Assembly: GCF_039654945.1 (NCBI RefSeq)
Contig: NW_027361752.1
Coordinates: 44,578,001 to 44,642,000, forward strand
Origin: Dendrobates tinctorius
Taxonomy: Eukaryota
Reading direction: 5' to 3'
Length of the DNA stretch: 64,000 nt
Part shown: in pieces, positions 36,601 through 49,874 of the stretch
How positions within the stretch are numbered: position 1 is the first letter of the stretch
How the letters are laid out: each line of letters opens with the position of its first letter
The notes under the pieces: generated by a model
What the model was told of the DNA's origin: nothing
What the model saw: only the letters and a program-made list of their open reading frames with translations
The model's database searches: none
Program-made: the position numbers and the translations under genes

Positions 36601-39600
36601 CGTGGCTCCTCTGTGATGGGACAGCTGAATAGCCAGTGTGCCAAACGGCTGGAAAAAAAATAAAAAAATAATATTTACGGTATATTATAAAATAGTATCA
36701 TTAATATTTAAATACTTAAGTCTATAGGATAATATAAAAATAAATGTGAAATAAAAAAAAATCAATATAAATAAGATATCAATATATGAAATAAGACACC
36801 AAATTATTGTTAATTTATTCCCAATTTTATTACATTATATCATTATATCAGGTTATTAGGCTATGTGCACACGCTGCAGATTCACCTGCGGGTTTTTCCC
36901 CACGGAACCGCAGGTAAAGTGACCTGTGGTTTTGCTGCGTTTTGGTCTGCGGATTTCCCCTGCGGTTTCATACCTCTACTATGTTAAAGGTGTGAAACCG
37001 CAGCGGAATCTGCAGAAACAATTGACATGCTGCAGAAAAAAACCACAGCAAAACCGCGCGGAAAAACCGCAGCGTGAGCACTGCAGTTTTGAAAACCCAT
37101 AGGGTTACATGGTACCGTACCATGTCTGCAGAACTGCTGCGGTTCCGCAGGGCCAAAACCGCTGCGGAACCGCAGCGTGTGCACATAGCCTAACAATTTA
37201 TATACTTAAAAATGAATAGTATATGAAAGTACTGTAATAATGCAAAATAATAAAGATAGCACACTAAAAATATTACATTGGCATTTTTAAATTTATACGA
37301 TTACTATTTAATAAAACCGAAGGTAAATACAAAATAAGCAAATACCCTGCAGTAAATAAACAGCCATGGTCCATGAAAATAATATAAGGTACCCCCCCTA
37401 GTAAAAGCCATAGAACCACGTCATGGTGACCATTTGCTTAGTGCGTTTTTATCTCAGGTTTTGTGTGTTTAGTGGCCACTGTGAACATGCACTCACTGAC
37501 ACTCTGCACGCACACCAACTTATATTCCAGTTCATCTCTTTAGTTTTTTTTTTGTTACTAGTTACTGTTGTTAGTCTTATTATATTTTTAGTATTTTAAG
37601 GTTACACTATATTAATCAGTAATATTGAAATAGTTATAGATTTACCGTATCCTATTACTATTCACTGATTATTCAATTTTTTTCCATATTTATACTATGC
37701 TATTACTATAGAGCTTTGATTCATTATAATATAGCATTATAAAAAGGTCATAACGTAAAATAAAATGGAACATTAAGACATTTGGAATCAAAATATTAAA
37801 AAGCAATAAAATTAATTAACAACAACACTATTATACACTTACTAAGCAACTTGACTCAGGAATACTGATGTAAATGAAAGAAGACCTATGACCAGGTTAA
37901 AAGTGATACGTTTTTTCTTTTATTTTATTCCTGCAGATTCCCTGAATACTCAGTTTTTTTTAATCATTCACAAGGTTCCAGAAATATGTTCTTATATTAA
38001 TTGGTGTTATTTTTTATGGTCCTTCCAAGGCTGTGAGGTTCACAGGATGCCAAGGGGGAGTGTGGCTCACCGGGTGCCAAGGGGGAGGGAGGCTCACAGG
38101 ATGCCAAGGAGGAGCGTGGCTCACAGGATGCCAAGGGGGAGTGTGGCTAACCGGGTGCCAAGGGGGAGGGAGGCTCACAGGATGCCAAGGAGGAGCGTGG
38201 CTCACAGGGCGCCAAGGGGGAGCGTGGCCCACAGGGCGCCAAGGGGGAGCGTGGCTCACAGGGCGCCAAGGGGGAGCGTGGCTCACAGGGCGCCAAGGGG
38301 GAGCGTGGCTCACAGGGCGCCAAGGGGGAGCAAGGCTCACAGGGCGCCAAGGGGGAGCAAGGCTCACAGGGCGCCAAGGGGGAGCGTGGCTCACAGGGCG
38401 CCAAGGGGGAGCGTGGCTCACAGGGCGCCAAGGGGGAGCGAGGCTCACAGGGCGCCAAGGGGGAGCGTGGCTCACAGGGCGCCAAGGGGGAGCGTGGCTC
38501 ACAGGGCGCCAAGGGGGAGCGAGGCTCACAGGGCGCCAAGGGGGAGCGAGGCTCACAGGGCGCCAAGGGGGAGCGTGGCTCACAGGGCGCCAAGGGGGAG
38601 CGTGGCTCACAGGGCGCCAAGGGGGAGCGTGGCTCACAGGGCGCCAAGGGGGAGCGTGGCTCACAGGGCGCCAAGGGGGAGCGTGGCTCACAGGGCGCCA
38701 AGGGGGAGCATGTCTTTAGGCTACTCTGCATAATTACCCTTGGTAAGGACCATATACAGTAGCACTAAATCAAAAAGGCCCACATGGTAGATTTTAAACA
38801 AAAAACCCAAAACAATCCATTACCACTGGTGAAGAGATTATCGCCCGGCTTTACGAGTGGGCTGGATGGCAGCTAGGGGTAGATTCCTCTGATCTTAATC
38901 TGTGTAGCCACGTTTCTCCTTTGTCATAAATGTACTAATAATAAAAGATAAAAGCAGAGCGATACGTACACTTGCTCCATCGGGTATCAGCACAAACTTT
39001 CCCTGTGCCAGGTGCGCCAGACTATACAGGGCAGTATAGACACATAATCCATCGTGTATGGTTCCTGCCGCCTCCACCCAGCTCACCTTGTCCGGTTTAT
39101 GAACTGGTAATGAGAATATGACACAGGAATTAGAGAAATGGTTGCTATTGTTTGAAACAAAAATAGTGTAAGCGAATGTAAGAGACTTAGTAATATACAG
39201 TGCCTTGCGAAAGTTTTCGGCTCCCTGGAACTTTTCAACCTTTTCCCACATATCATGCTTCAAACATAAAGATACCAAATGTAAATATTTGGTGAAGAAT
39301 CAACAACAAGTGGGACACAATTGTGAAGTTGAACGAAATTTATTGGTTATTTAAAATTTTTGTGGAAATTCAAAAACTGAAAAGTGGGGCGTATAATATT
39401 ATTCGGCCCCTTTACTTTCTGTGCAGCAAACTCACTCCAGAAGTTCACTGTGGATCTCTGAATGATCCAATGTTGTCCTAAATGACTAATGATGATAAAT
39501 ATAATCCACCTGTGTGAAATCATGTCCCCGTATAAATGCACCTGCTCTGTGATAGTCTCAGGGTTCTGTTTGAAGCACAGAGAGCATCATGAAGACCAAG

Positions 39601-42600
39601 GAACACATCAGGCAGGTCCATGATGCTGTTGTGGAGAAGTTTAAAGCTAGATTTGGATTCAAATTGATTTCCAAAACTTTGAACATCCCAAGGAGCACTG
39701 TGCAAGCGATCATATTGAAATGGAAGGAGTATCATAGCACTGCAAATCTACCAAGACCCGGCCGTCCCTCTAAACTTTCATCTCAAACAAGGAGAAGACT
39801 GATCAGAGATGCAGCCAAGAGGCCCATGATCAGCCTGGATGAACTGCAGAGATCTACAGCTGAGGTGGGACAGCCTGTCCATAGGAAAATAATCAGTCGT
39901 ACACTGCACAAATCTGGCCTTTATGGAAGAGTGGCAAGAAGAAAGCCATTTCTCAAAGATATCCATAAAAAGTGTCGTTTAAAGTTTGTAACAAGCCACC
40001 TGGGAGACACACCAAACATGTGGATGAAGGTGCTCTGGTCAGATGAAACCAAAATCAAACTTTTTGGCAACAATGCCAAATGATATGTTTGGCATAAAGG
40101 CAACACAGCTCATCACCCTGAACACACCATCCCCACTGTCAAACATGGTGGTGGCAGCATCATGGGTTGGGCCTGCTTTTCTTCAGCAGGGACAGGGAAG
40201 ATGGATAAAATTGATGAGAAGATGGATGGAGCCAAATACAGGACCATTCTTGAAGAAAACCTGTTGGAGTCTGCAAAAGACCTGAGACTGGGATGGAGAT
40301 TTGTCTTCCAACAAGACAATGATCTCAAACATAAAGCAAAATCTACAATGGAATGGTTCACAAATAAACGTATCCAGGTGTTAGAATGGCCAAGTCAAAG
40401 TCCAGACCTGAATCCAATCGAGAATCTGTGGAAAGAGCTGAAATCTGCTGTTCACAAACGATCTCCATCAAACCTCACTGAGCTCGAGCTGTTTGCCAAG
40501 GAAGAATGGGCACGAATTTCAGTCTCTCGATGTACAAAACTGATAGAGACATCCCCCAAGAGACTGCAGCTGTAATCACAGCAAAAGGTGGCGCAACAAA
40601 GTATTACGTTAAAAGGGCCGAATAATATTATACGCCCCACTTATCAGTTTTTGAATTTCCACAAAAATTTAAAATAACCAATAAATTTCGTTCAACTTCA
40701 CAATTGTGTCCCACTTGTTGTTGATTCTTCACCAAAAATTTACATTTGGTATCTTTATGTTTGAAGCATGATATGTGGGAAAAGGTTGAAAAGTTCCAGG
40801 GGGCCGAATACTTTCGTATGGCACTGTAGTATCAGAGAAATATCCCGTTTCTCCACTTAGCAGCTACTTCCCCCCTCATATCCAGTAGCCCCTTGTCATA
40901 TACCTCTGTTCACCTGCCTTTAACTCTTGCACTGCTGACACACAGATTTCAGTACACGGTGTTCTGCTGACGTGTGCCTACTGGGATCATAACTTGGGTC
41001 GATTTCCTCGAGTGTCTCATAATCCTCTCTTGGGCATCTGCCAATATTTTAATTTTTTTTTTTGGCATTGGCCATAAATCCTTGGTTACGGCACTTCCCC
41101 ATCAAAGCGAGAATAATGCTTTATGTTGGATCAGAAAGGTCAGGAAGTTTTCCAGCAGCAGTCGGGTGATTCTGTACATGATCCTGTGTGCACATCGGCC
41201 TCCACTATCACAGATTGTACACTCAGACACAACACTACTGCCCTGCGCAGGGAACTACCCGACCGGCAGAAGTGCCGCATACGGAAAAAAAAAAATCTCT
41301 CACTAAGGCCGCGGTCACACTTGCGTGTGCAATGCAAGAAACTCACGCAAGTTTCTCGCATCAATACCCGGCACTGCCGCCGGCACTCAGGACCGGGGTG
41401 TGCGGCTGCATAGAAATACATGCAGCTGCACGCTCCGTCCTAACTCATATTGTAGATTGCGTGCTAAAAAGAAAAAAAAAAATTGTTAAAGGGGTTATCC
41501 AGGATTTAAAAACAAAACATATCCGCTTTCCAAAAACAGCGCCACACCTGTCTACAGGTTGAGTCGGTATTGCATTTAAGCTCCATCAAAGTAGTTAAGG
41601 GCGAGCTGCAATACCATGGGTGACCTGTAGAAAGGCGGGGCGCTGTATGTGTTGGAAGAAAGTGGCTATGCTTTTCTAGTTCTGGATAACCACTTTAAAA
41701 CACGGTATTTTGGCTCATAAGGTTGACCGCAGAAGTACGTGGTGCGATCCACGCCTTTTAATACAATGCAGATGAAGGAATTCATGTCTGGGAACGACCG
41801 AGATGACCCTGGACAGGAAAGCCTGAGAAGGACGGGGGTCCTGGAACAGGAAGCACAGGATACAGCAGCAGATGACAGAGAGAACAGACAGTGCTGACAC
41901 GGGAAGGATGAGCGAAAACAACAAAAAAAAGTGACAAAAAAACAGCGCTGTGACCGGTGAGATCGCCTCCATAGATTTGCTTTCTAGGTGATCCAATAAA
42001 TTACAATTTTTTATTTATTTATTTTTTTTAAACAAAAACTTTAGTAGCTTTTGACATTCTACATTGAATCTGTGGCCGCTGGATAGGTCTTGCAAGGAAT
42101 ATAGCTAGGGTGGGCTATCAAGATTACCAACAAATCATTTTAAATGACCAGGGTGTTAAAGAAGGTGGTCAGTTACTTATCATAACCACATTTTTTTTTT
42201 AACCTGGTGTAAATGCCGCCGTTCTCCTGAATTCGGCGTTGTTTTTCTTTTATTACTGCACCTCTCCGTTCTTGAGATATGGCCTCTTCTTCCATGTATA
42301 AAAATCTAGTGTTTTTAGTCAAGTGGGAGTGGTCCTCAAATCTTCTCTATGGGGGTCTCCTTGTGGACCATGCCCACTTGCTAAAAAGAGGAGTGTACAG
42401 AGAAGGATGTCAGGAAAGAATCATTACAGTGACTCATTGTGCACTGAGAGCTGACTGTCCACAGCCCCAAGCGGCTGCAGGGAGAATATAACATTTTCTC
42501 CCTGCACCTGCACTTACAATTAGACACCAGATTATATTTACCTGCAGATCACCACTATGGTTTCAAGTAAATACCGTTTTGGCTTTTTTTTTTTATGACT

Positions 42601-45600
42601 GGTTCTGTTTAAGACTTTGCAAAAAATATAAAGAAAATTAGAATCTTTTCCTTACTTAAATGATGCTCATGCACCCAGATGACGTCACAAAGGCCGGACT
42701 CCTCAAAATCAAGAGGCAAAATCCCTGGAAGATAAAATAGTAATAAACTTAATTTCCTTGCGTTTATATAGTCACATCTGAGTTGGGTCATAACTAACCC
42801 ACATCTGATCATCCCCCGGAAAGATCCACCATGACGTTGGCATTCGCCAAGAATGAAGACAAAAATGTCTAAAAAAAAAAATGCTCGTATGGAGATGTTG
42901 GAAAATGACGCCGGAACCCGGAAATCGCAACAGTGCCAAAAAACAGTCATTTAGTTTCTGATGAAAAGAATATCATCTCGATTTATCAAGCAGATTTCTG
43001 GCATAAACGTTTTTGTGAATTTGGGCAAAAAAAATTAAAAAATAAATTAAAATTTTGGAGATTTGACTCCAGTCCTGGCCATCTTTGACAACTTTTAGAA
43101 AAGTGAGAGGAGTAGGGGTGAAATAGGTCAAATTCATCATAATTTATGCCATAAATTACGATGGAAGCACATTCCAGTCCCTGGCTGGAGTAACATCTCT
43201 TGCAGTGGAGCATGACCGATGAAAAAATGAACAAAATTAAACAAAACAAAAAAATAAATAAAAAATATATATTTTTTTTAACTAAACTCCTAAAAAACTA
43301 ATTGGCAGGTCATTTCTAATGACCTGCCTGCTGTGCCCGGCGCTGATCTCTGTCGGCACAGAGCTGTCACTGACCGCTCCTGCCAGCAGCTTCCGTACAT
43401 GTCACGTTGACAGAGCAGTGGCTTCTCTTCCGCTCTGTTGACGGCTCACCAAGTGGCAGCTGGCTCCCCACTGCATACCAAAAGCGCCCTCTTCTGTCCA
43501 CTCAAGGTATGCAGAGGAAACTAAGCCTGCAGCTATTGTATACTCCAACAGAAATGCGGCCATCGGCGGGACTTTCATGAGAATATTAGCTTATGTAATT
43601 TCCATCTGAAACAGGGTTTTCTGTGGCCGGACAACTTTTAAGCCGAGCGAGTGCAGTAACACATGACTCCAGGATCAGACTGCACAGGGTGTGTTTGAAG
43701 TTAATAACCATGGAGACACATAGTTTTGCACAGGAGCTGCATACAGAAACCGTAAGATTTTTTTCAATCAAAATGAATCAACTTCAGACCAGCGATCCAT
43801 GAACCAGACACAACGCTCATTAGGCTGCTTTTCGGCATAATTCGGACACTCACCAACAACTTCATCGTCTGGCTTAAAGAAGGATACTTTAGGTCCCACT
43901 AGAGTAAAAAAAGAAAAAAAAAAAGCCTTTAATATCAGGGATACGTTTGGGACGTCTAAGAGGAGTGTTGTGCACTTTTAGTGTTGCTCATGTTGTATTC
44001 CCCAACACCTGATGAAGAATACGTCCCAGCTGCTGACCAGTAGCGGACAGTGTCTGGTGCCATTCGCTGTCACTTTCTGCACTGCCAGATTAAAGTTTAC
44101 AGCGATCGTCGTTTTTAAACACATTTTTATTAGCTGGCCTCCTACTATGCGGAGGATAGAGTGTTCCTCTATTTGGCCCCTGGGCAATTCTCTGAAATTA
44201 CCTTCTTATTTCCCTACAGCTCACCCGCAGGAGAAAAGAAGCATTACACAATTTCAACTAAAATGATGTAATACCCACATGTGCATGATCTTATAACATA
44301 AAACACACTCTTTGTAGATGGTGTCCGCTGTAGTGACAGACGGGGGTGCTAAATCCCCCCTTAAACTTAGGACTCTGCGATAGGGTATTGGGCTTTCTAA
44401 ATCAGATAAACAAATGGTTCAGCAGTTTCTGAAACGCTTCAGACCAAATGGAGATTACCACTCACATCTACCTTATGTCTCTTTCCCCTAAAGAGTCAGC
44501 TCATTATTCCCCCCCCCCAAAAATCAAAACAACGGGGCTCTGCAATGCCAACAATGAGAAGAGGTGCACATCCTCTGATTATTGGCTTTTGGACCGGAAA
44601 TAACCGAGAGCCATTATCGGCAGTCCCATAGACAATGAATGGAGCGGAGGCCGTACATGCGAGTAAGAGGAGGCGATAATACTGAAGAGCCACTTCGTGA
44701 TGTGGCATTAGTGAGGAAAGACTGCCATTCGCTGGCTGGACGAAACCATGTGGAACCAACCAGCACCAGAAGAGTTGCAGGGGGAACAAGTTAATGTGCG
44801 GGATCCGGTCAGGTGCCTTGGGTGACGGCGTTCCCTGCGCTCCAAACCGTGGGGGGATTTGGCGCCAATGACAGGAGCAGTGCGGTCGTGGACCAGAGAC
44901 GACACTGAAGCCAGTGTGACAGGCCTCAGCAGAGAGTGTGTGACAGCAGAATGCTGGCCGCCATCAGACAAGGCCCGGACAAAATCCAAAGACGTGACTA
45001 CACCAGTCAAGACCCGAAGGCCTGACCTGCGCCGGTCAAGACCGTGGACAAAGACTGTGCCGGTCAAGATCAGAATCTCAAGTCCTAGAGCCCAGACGAC
45101 GACTGCCAAGAGCAGGGACCCAGCCCACTCTTCCTCGGGCCTAGGAGACACCCACCGTCGGTCAAGCACTGAAGATCCATGAGGAGACGTTAACCAGAGA
45201 AGTCTGCCTAAGGTTACAGGACGACACGAGTGAGCCGGGCCATCACTGCCAACCATAACGGCACAGTATGGTACCGGGGTTGGCCTGGGTTAGGACAACC
45301 GGTTGGGTGGGGCGCTGGTCGGTACACAGGAAGCTCAACGTTCCTTGATAGACTTTGTCAGAAGAACTTGCGGCCTAGAGGGAAAATCCGGTGACCCCAC
45401 TAGGGCAATTATTGCAGGAAGAGCCAATGTAGTAACTCCCAGGAACGGGTGTACCACGAGGCTGGAAAAAAGGGATGATGGAGAAAGACTGCAGAGAAAT
45501 GAGTAAAGCAATGGACTACAACTACTGTGACTCGGGGGGAAAAGAAAAAGTACAAAACTCAAAGAATCCACTGTACCCAATGCACCGTGATGTGATAATC

Positions 45601-46721
45601 ACCCGCACTCACCTTCCAGGATCACTCCGGCGACATCTCTCCCCACTGGGACACAGTCTGTGCTCTGATGTAATGCTGAAAGGAGCTGAATATGGGGGGA
45701 AAAACATCCCATGACTTCACGTATACAGGAACTACAACACAAGGCATATCTGCAAATATCCACCTGGGGAAACTGAGGGGGCGAGTCGCCAAAAATCCGC
45801 CTGGTCTGTAAATCAGGTTTATATGTCAGTGGGATTTATTTTTTACAGTTTTTACATATCACTATTTTTAAAAGTAAAAATAAATGTCGCTAGTCACCAG
45901 GCCGAATATTAGACTCCAACTTCATGACCTTCACATGGATATTAGCAGCAATAAACTGAACCGGACCCGATGTGTTTGTATGATGTAGCAGTATTCGAAC
46001 ATATTGTAATCTGGGAAAAGGTTATTCTACAAGAGGAGGAGGAGGAGAGCTGTGACATCACCTATTGTGAATGGTGGATCCTGTGTGGCTACTGTATACA
46101 GAGGTGTTATCTGTCATTGTACATGAAGAGGTGGAGGAGGTGAGCTGTGACATCACCTATTGTGAATGGTGGATCATGTGTGATCTACTGTATATAGAGG
46201 TGCTATCAGTCATTGTACAGGAGGAGGAGAAGGTGAGCTGTGACATCACCTATTGTGAATGGTGGATCCTGTGTTATCTACTGTATATAGAGGTGCTATC
46301 AGTCATTGTACAGGAGGAGGAGATGTCAGGGCAGCGGTTCTCTCATGCAGAACACAGGATAATGTGACAAAGTGAGCGAGAGAATGGGGGGAGATAGCTG
46401 CTGACCAAATCATTAGCCGAACTAACATTCAGCCAACCAGTGTGTATGGGGGGCTTTACTAGGAATGCACTGGACGGATACCTTCGTATTGATGGGGGTC
46501 AGGGCGCAGGCTTTCACTTGTAGTTTCACATGATAGTCACTGGGTGAAGGCGCAGGATCCTGAGGAATATAAAGAAATACTGACATTATAGAAGTGAACA
46601 GGTAAAAAAATAAAATAATAAATAATGGATATTCCAGAAACAAGAGAATCCTTACACTTTCCTGAAACACAAACGTCTCCTCATCCCGCGAGGCGACGAT
46701 TCTGTAGTACAGCCCTTTCAT
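27573..46721 (-). CDS. CRYZL1: CRYZL1 (quinone oxidoreductase-like 1 / FERRY complex subunit 4); 12 coding exons, 1047 nt, 348 aa
   Basis: Exons 46721-46656, 46559-46482, 45685-45613, 43898-43854, 42724-42656, 39103-38970, 36648-36537, 36251-36153, 35480-35362, 33409-33304, 30556-30511, 27672-27573 join in frame. Recognised motifs [63 protein letters not shown]. Confidence 0.96.
28351..29179 (+). mobile_element. Solo LTR inside the Helitron
   Basis: TGTCATG...CGTGACA; 5-bp TSD TCCTG; TATAAA ~28551. Confidence 0.82.
29180..29650. repeat. ~29-31 bp minisatellite (TGGTATGCATGGTCCCCTCACCCCCC...)
   Basis: About 15 tandem copies. Confidence 0.9.
30511..30556 (-). CDS. CRYZL1: CRYZL1 coding exon 11
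   Basis: ...tcac|(H)[14 protein letters not shown](R)|gtaagt; 46 nt. Confidence 0.9.
30806..32413 (+). mobile_element. Full-length Tc1 (DD34E) transposon, 1608 bp
   Basis: TA TSD; ~207-bp TIRs CAGTGGGGAAAAAAAGTATTTAGTC with about one mismatch. Confidence 0.97.
31173..32197 (+). pseudogene. Tc1 transposase with a single frameshift in a G8 run (31423-31430)
   Basis: [10 protein letters not shown]... and ...WSDETK, QHDND, NPIENLW; DD34E spacing counted. Confidence 0.9.
32684..33263. mobile_element. Tc1/mariner-type MITE with ~210-bp TIRs
   Basis: CAGGATGGGCCATGTATATGGATACACC ... GGTGTATCCATATAAATGGCCCACCCTG|TA. Confidence 0.8.
33304..33409 (-). CDS. CRYZL1: CRYZL1 coding exon 10
   Basis: [35 protein letters not shown](H)|atatccttt. 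Confidence 0.92.
33985..35040. repeat. Tandem repeat, ~161-166 bp unit, about 6.4 copies
   Basis: Unit starts at about 33992, 34157, 34318, 34479, 34644, 34810, 34975. Confidence 0.92.
35362..35480 (-). CDS. CRYZL1: CRYZL1 coding exon 9
   Basis: [39 protein letters not shown]; 119 nt. Confidence 0.93.
36153..36251 (-). CDS. CRYZL1: CRYZL1 coding exon 8
   Basis: [32 protein letters not shown]; 99 nt. Confidence 0.93.
36537..36648 (-). CDS. CRYZL1: CRYZL1 coding exon 7
   Basis: [37 protein letters not shown]; 112 nt. Confidence 0.93.
36859..37190. mobile_element. Harbinger-type MITE
   Basis: TTA|GGCTATGTGCACACGCTGC...GCAGCGTGTGCACATAGCC|TAA. Confidence 0.82.
38035..38710. repeat. 27-bp minisatellite (GCGTGGCTCACAGGGCGCCAAGGGGGA), about 25 copies
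   Basis: Direct periodicity; produces spurious 9-aa repeat ORFs. Confidence 0.95.
38970..39103 (-). CDS. CRYZL1: CRYZL1 coding exon 6
   Basis: [18 protein letters not shown]...VLIPDGAS; 134 nt. Confidence 0.93.
39198..40826 (+). mobile_element. Full-length defective Tc1, 1629 bp
   Basis: TA TSD; ~215-bp TIRs CAGTGCCTTGCGAAAG; transposase from 39589 with an in-frame TGA at 40081 and a C-terminal frameshift. Confidence 0.95.
41490..41694. mobile_element. T2/Kolobok-type MITE
   Basis: TTAA|AGGGGTTATCCAG...CTGGATAACCACT|TTAA. Confidence 0.75.
42656..42724 (-). CDS. CRYZL1: CRYZL1 coding exon 5
   Basis: [22 protein letters not shown]; 69 nt. Confidence 0.93.
   Translation of the reverse strand, partial: GFCLLILRSPAFVTSSGCMSII
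43854..43898 (-). CDS. CRYZL1: CRYZL1 coding exon 4
   Basis: (V)[14 protein letters not shown](G); 45 nt. Confidence 0.93.
45613..45685 (-). CDS. CRYZL1: CRYZL1 coding exon 3
   Basis: [24 protein letters not shown]|gtgagt; 73 nt. Confidence 0.92.
46030..46325. repeat. ~93-bp minisatellite, about 3 copies; same family at 57298-57520
   Basis: GAGGAGGTGAGCTGTGACATCACCTATTGTGAATGGTGGATCC... unit. Confidence 0.85.
46482..46559 (-). CDS. CRYZL1: CRYZL1 coding exon 2
   Basis: [26 protein letters not shown]|gtatcc. Confidence 0.93.
46656..46721 (-). CDS. CRYZL1: CRYZL1 first coding exon (exon begins at 46727)
   Basis: ctccag|GTCGTG ATG; [22 protein letters not shown]|gtaagg. Confidence 0.92.
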
Positions 46722-47945
46722 CACGACCTGGAGCAAAGAGAGGATGAGCCAGATAAAAGAGATGTGGGGGTCCCTGCTGCATCTCCATAGACAATCACAG
46801 GACCCCCAAGACCGACAGCCGGCTCCGCAGCGCAGCAGTTAAATTGGTGGCGCGCTCTGACAGCTGCCACTCACTACGTGCCAAGCGGTGGCTGCCGGCC
46901 AAACTCCTTCCCCTTTATACCCTAGATCAGCAGGTTAATAGCCTTTTCTAACGGGACAGATTCCCTTTAAAATTCCGCACTCTTTTTTGCAGGCCGTTTC
47001 CCTGCGCATTCACCTGCGTGGTCATAAATCAAGATGAAAAAAAAATAAAAAAAATAAATAAAAATTTACAAACTCTCCCACCAGACTGAGCTCACTGATA
47101 GATTCTCCGTTAACCCATTCAGCAACATACGGGCTGTGGAAGGCAAACAGTGCAAAATTTTAAATGAAAACCCAAATACATAATTGATTTTGATTTTTTT
47201 GATTTTTTTTTTTTTTTGGGGGGGGGGGGGGACAAAAATACATGCAAAACGCAACCAAAAAGTGGACAAATCCTGTGAATAAAAGGACAAAACAGAAAAA
47301 CGCTGGAAGCAATTTCTAGCAGCTTGCAGCAAACTATTGCGACAATCTGCAATCTAGACATTTGTGAAATATTCCATTTTTTTTTACATTGTGGCAAAAC
47401 CCATCTTCATAGACTGAGCCACCACTGTAAAAAAAAAAAAAAAAAAAAAAAAGGAGATTTTTTTTTAGATGCGAGCGACATTAATAAGACTCCGGAAACG
47501 CATGGAGCGCGGTGTAAATACCCGGCGGGATCAGATCTCAGGATTCCAGGGCGACAGAGATCTAGAATGCGGAAACAAAGCTGCTGTGTCAGCAGGACAA
47601 GGCGCAGAATACAGGAGCCCTCGTCAGCCGCTGCGGCCTCTCCGCTGGAGAAATGAAATTTCTATTTTTTTTTGCTGCTGCATGGGTCTGGAGGAAAGTG
47701 GAAGAGGAGGAGCGGCGAGGGCGGAGAGCAGCCATTAACCCTCCATGGTCACTGCAGGCATCAAGTGTCACAGCAGCCAATAGAAACTGATCCAGGTTTG
47801 ACTTTTTTTTTTTTTAATTTTATTCTTTATTATTGGTGGATATTTTTTCAATATTTTTCTTTATCGCGTTAGTAATAAAAAAAATGATCACCAAGCGGGC
47901 GTTCTTTATAGGACGTACCATGGAAGGCTTTTTTTTAAAGTTAGA

Positions 47946-47990
<45 letters not shown>

Positions 47991-49017
47991 AAAAATTTTA
48001 GAAGAAATTTGGGCAGAACGAGACAGGATCGCCGCTGCAGTGCCGTAAGGGCGCGTGTTCGGGGAGATCTATGCACCGCATGTCAGCCGTGTGGCGGACC
48101 ACCGTTCACACAATTGCCTTCCGTGTATCGAGAGGTTTTTTTTTTCCTGTACGCAAAAATTAAATTCCCATCAGATATAGGCACAAAGGCAGCGCGTGGT
48201 GCAATTCTTTGCTCAATGGAAAAAAAAACAACTGTTGGGCGCTGTGTGTTGGCAATCCGGCAAAAAAACCGGACAGCACCGGTCCGATTCACACACTCGA
48301 GCACAAATAAGAGAGTAATGGCTCCTGCAGACGAGCGCATACGTCGGACCCGGGCCGGGTGTTTTTTCACCGTACGGGACACTGATCCATGTTATTCAAT
48401 AGCCTTGTTCAGATGAAGGGTTTTTCTCTCTGTCTATGAAAACGCACAAGTGTGCTCGGATCAGGTGTTATATAAGCATGCTCATGTACTAACCGAGTGT
48501 CTTTGGCGTGCTCGCTCGAATAATATGTTCGAGCCCACCGCGGCTGCATGTCTCCTGTTTGACAGCCATGTTTGACAGGATGTTTTGCATCCTTTTTAAT
48601 TAACAGTGACAAATGTGGAGAGGATTCCAAAGAAATGCCATGTCACATTATATAGATATATATATATATATATTTTTTCTTTTCCCGAGGGACATTTTTA
48701 AAACCCTTATTGGAAGAGCAGGATTAACAAACTGCTCACAAAGTGAACTTTCCATTGATATTAATAGCAAGAGTATTCAAAATCCTTAAGCGCGTGGGGG
48801 GGGGGGTGTGAATTGCAGCCGTACGCTGTGATCCATGAGCTTACGTTCATACAGGATAGAAATGTGGCGGATTCCCCAGTCTGGAATCTGATGTGGATGA
48901 CGGTATCAGACAGGTCGATGTTGTTTGGACACGTCTCATTCACATAAATTCTGCGGTGTGCAGACTTCTGTGCATTTTCACCCCTTTTAACCCCTTGGCG
49001 ACATGAAGCGTGCCCAC

Positions 49018-49286
49018 TAGAGATGAGCGAGCGTTCTTGGATGAGGTGTTATCTGAGCATGCTCGGGTGCTGAGTGACTTCGGTGCCCTCTAAATATTTG
49101 TTTGAGTCCCCTCGGCTGCATTTTTTGCAGCTGTTAGACAGGGGGTACCTAACAGACAGGAAATCCCTGCATGTGTTGCGGCTGCCGAACAGCCGTGAGA
49201 CATGCGACGGCCGTTGGGACTCGAACATATTTCTCGAGCACGCCCATGGTTCTTGATTAGCACCTGAGCACGCTCGCTCATCACTA
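49018..49286. mobile_element. MITE with TAGAGATGAGCGAGCG termini (hAT-like)
   Basis: Inverted termini and internal foldback; TSD not evident; partial relative at ~48450-48580. Confidence 0.65.
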
Positions 49287-49567
49287 TACGGAGGGGACGC
49301 AATCCATGGAGTGCAGGTGTCAGCTGTGCTGTACAGACGACATATGTGATTGGAACTGGTTCTGATCACAATAATATAACCATTTAGATGCCACTGTCAA
49401 CCCTGGAAGCTTCCTCTAGGGGGTTTAGAAAAGGATCGGAGTGGCACTTTCGACTCTTATTGTTCCCCCCTCCATTTGCAGGGTGACGATAGGTTGTTAT
49501 AGGAATCTGTCTGCCATGTTACTACTCCAATGAAGTCCTGCTTGTGGGCCTCTTCAGGGACCCTTAA

Positions 49568-49874
49568 AGGGGTTGTCCGGGCTTGGGGCTCTAGTCTGCA
49601 GTCCCTCTATGTGACTGAAGACTTGTGACTCCTCACTCTAGCAGGATTCTTTGCGAGCGAGAGGTCACCCGACTGCAGGTACGAGGCGTGCATACTTTCG
49701 GACACATTCTGACTAGACGTGTCTGGACCGGCTCAATTCACCTGTATTGAGCGAGGGTGCGCACGTCTGGTCGGCACGTGACTGCATGTCAGCGTGCACC
49801 GTGTGCGGTGAGGCTTTACAAGCAGTCACACAGACTGACTGCAGACCTGAACCCTCATCGCCTGGACAACCCCT
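49568..49874. mobile_element. T2/Kolobok-type MITE
   Basis: TTAA|AGGGGTTGTCC...GGACAACCCCT|TTAA; relative at ~23240-23600. Confidence 0.8.

Noticed and set aside
37888-38733. 194-281 aa repetitive ORFs on both strands
   Set aside because: By-products of a stop-free 27-bp minisatellite in a CRYZL1 intron
41715-41996. Possible extra CRYZL1 exon after a pyrimidine tract
   Set aside because: The protein is complete without it and no convincing donor was found
43879-43887. GTATCCTTC inside a CRYZL1 exon
   Set aside because: Encodes the conserved KVSFF; coincidental
46474-46481. GTATCCGT donor as a third U12 intron
   Set aside because: Lacks TT at +7/+8 and has no TCCTTAAC-type branch point before the 45686 acceptor
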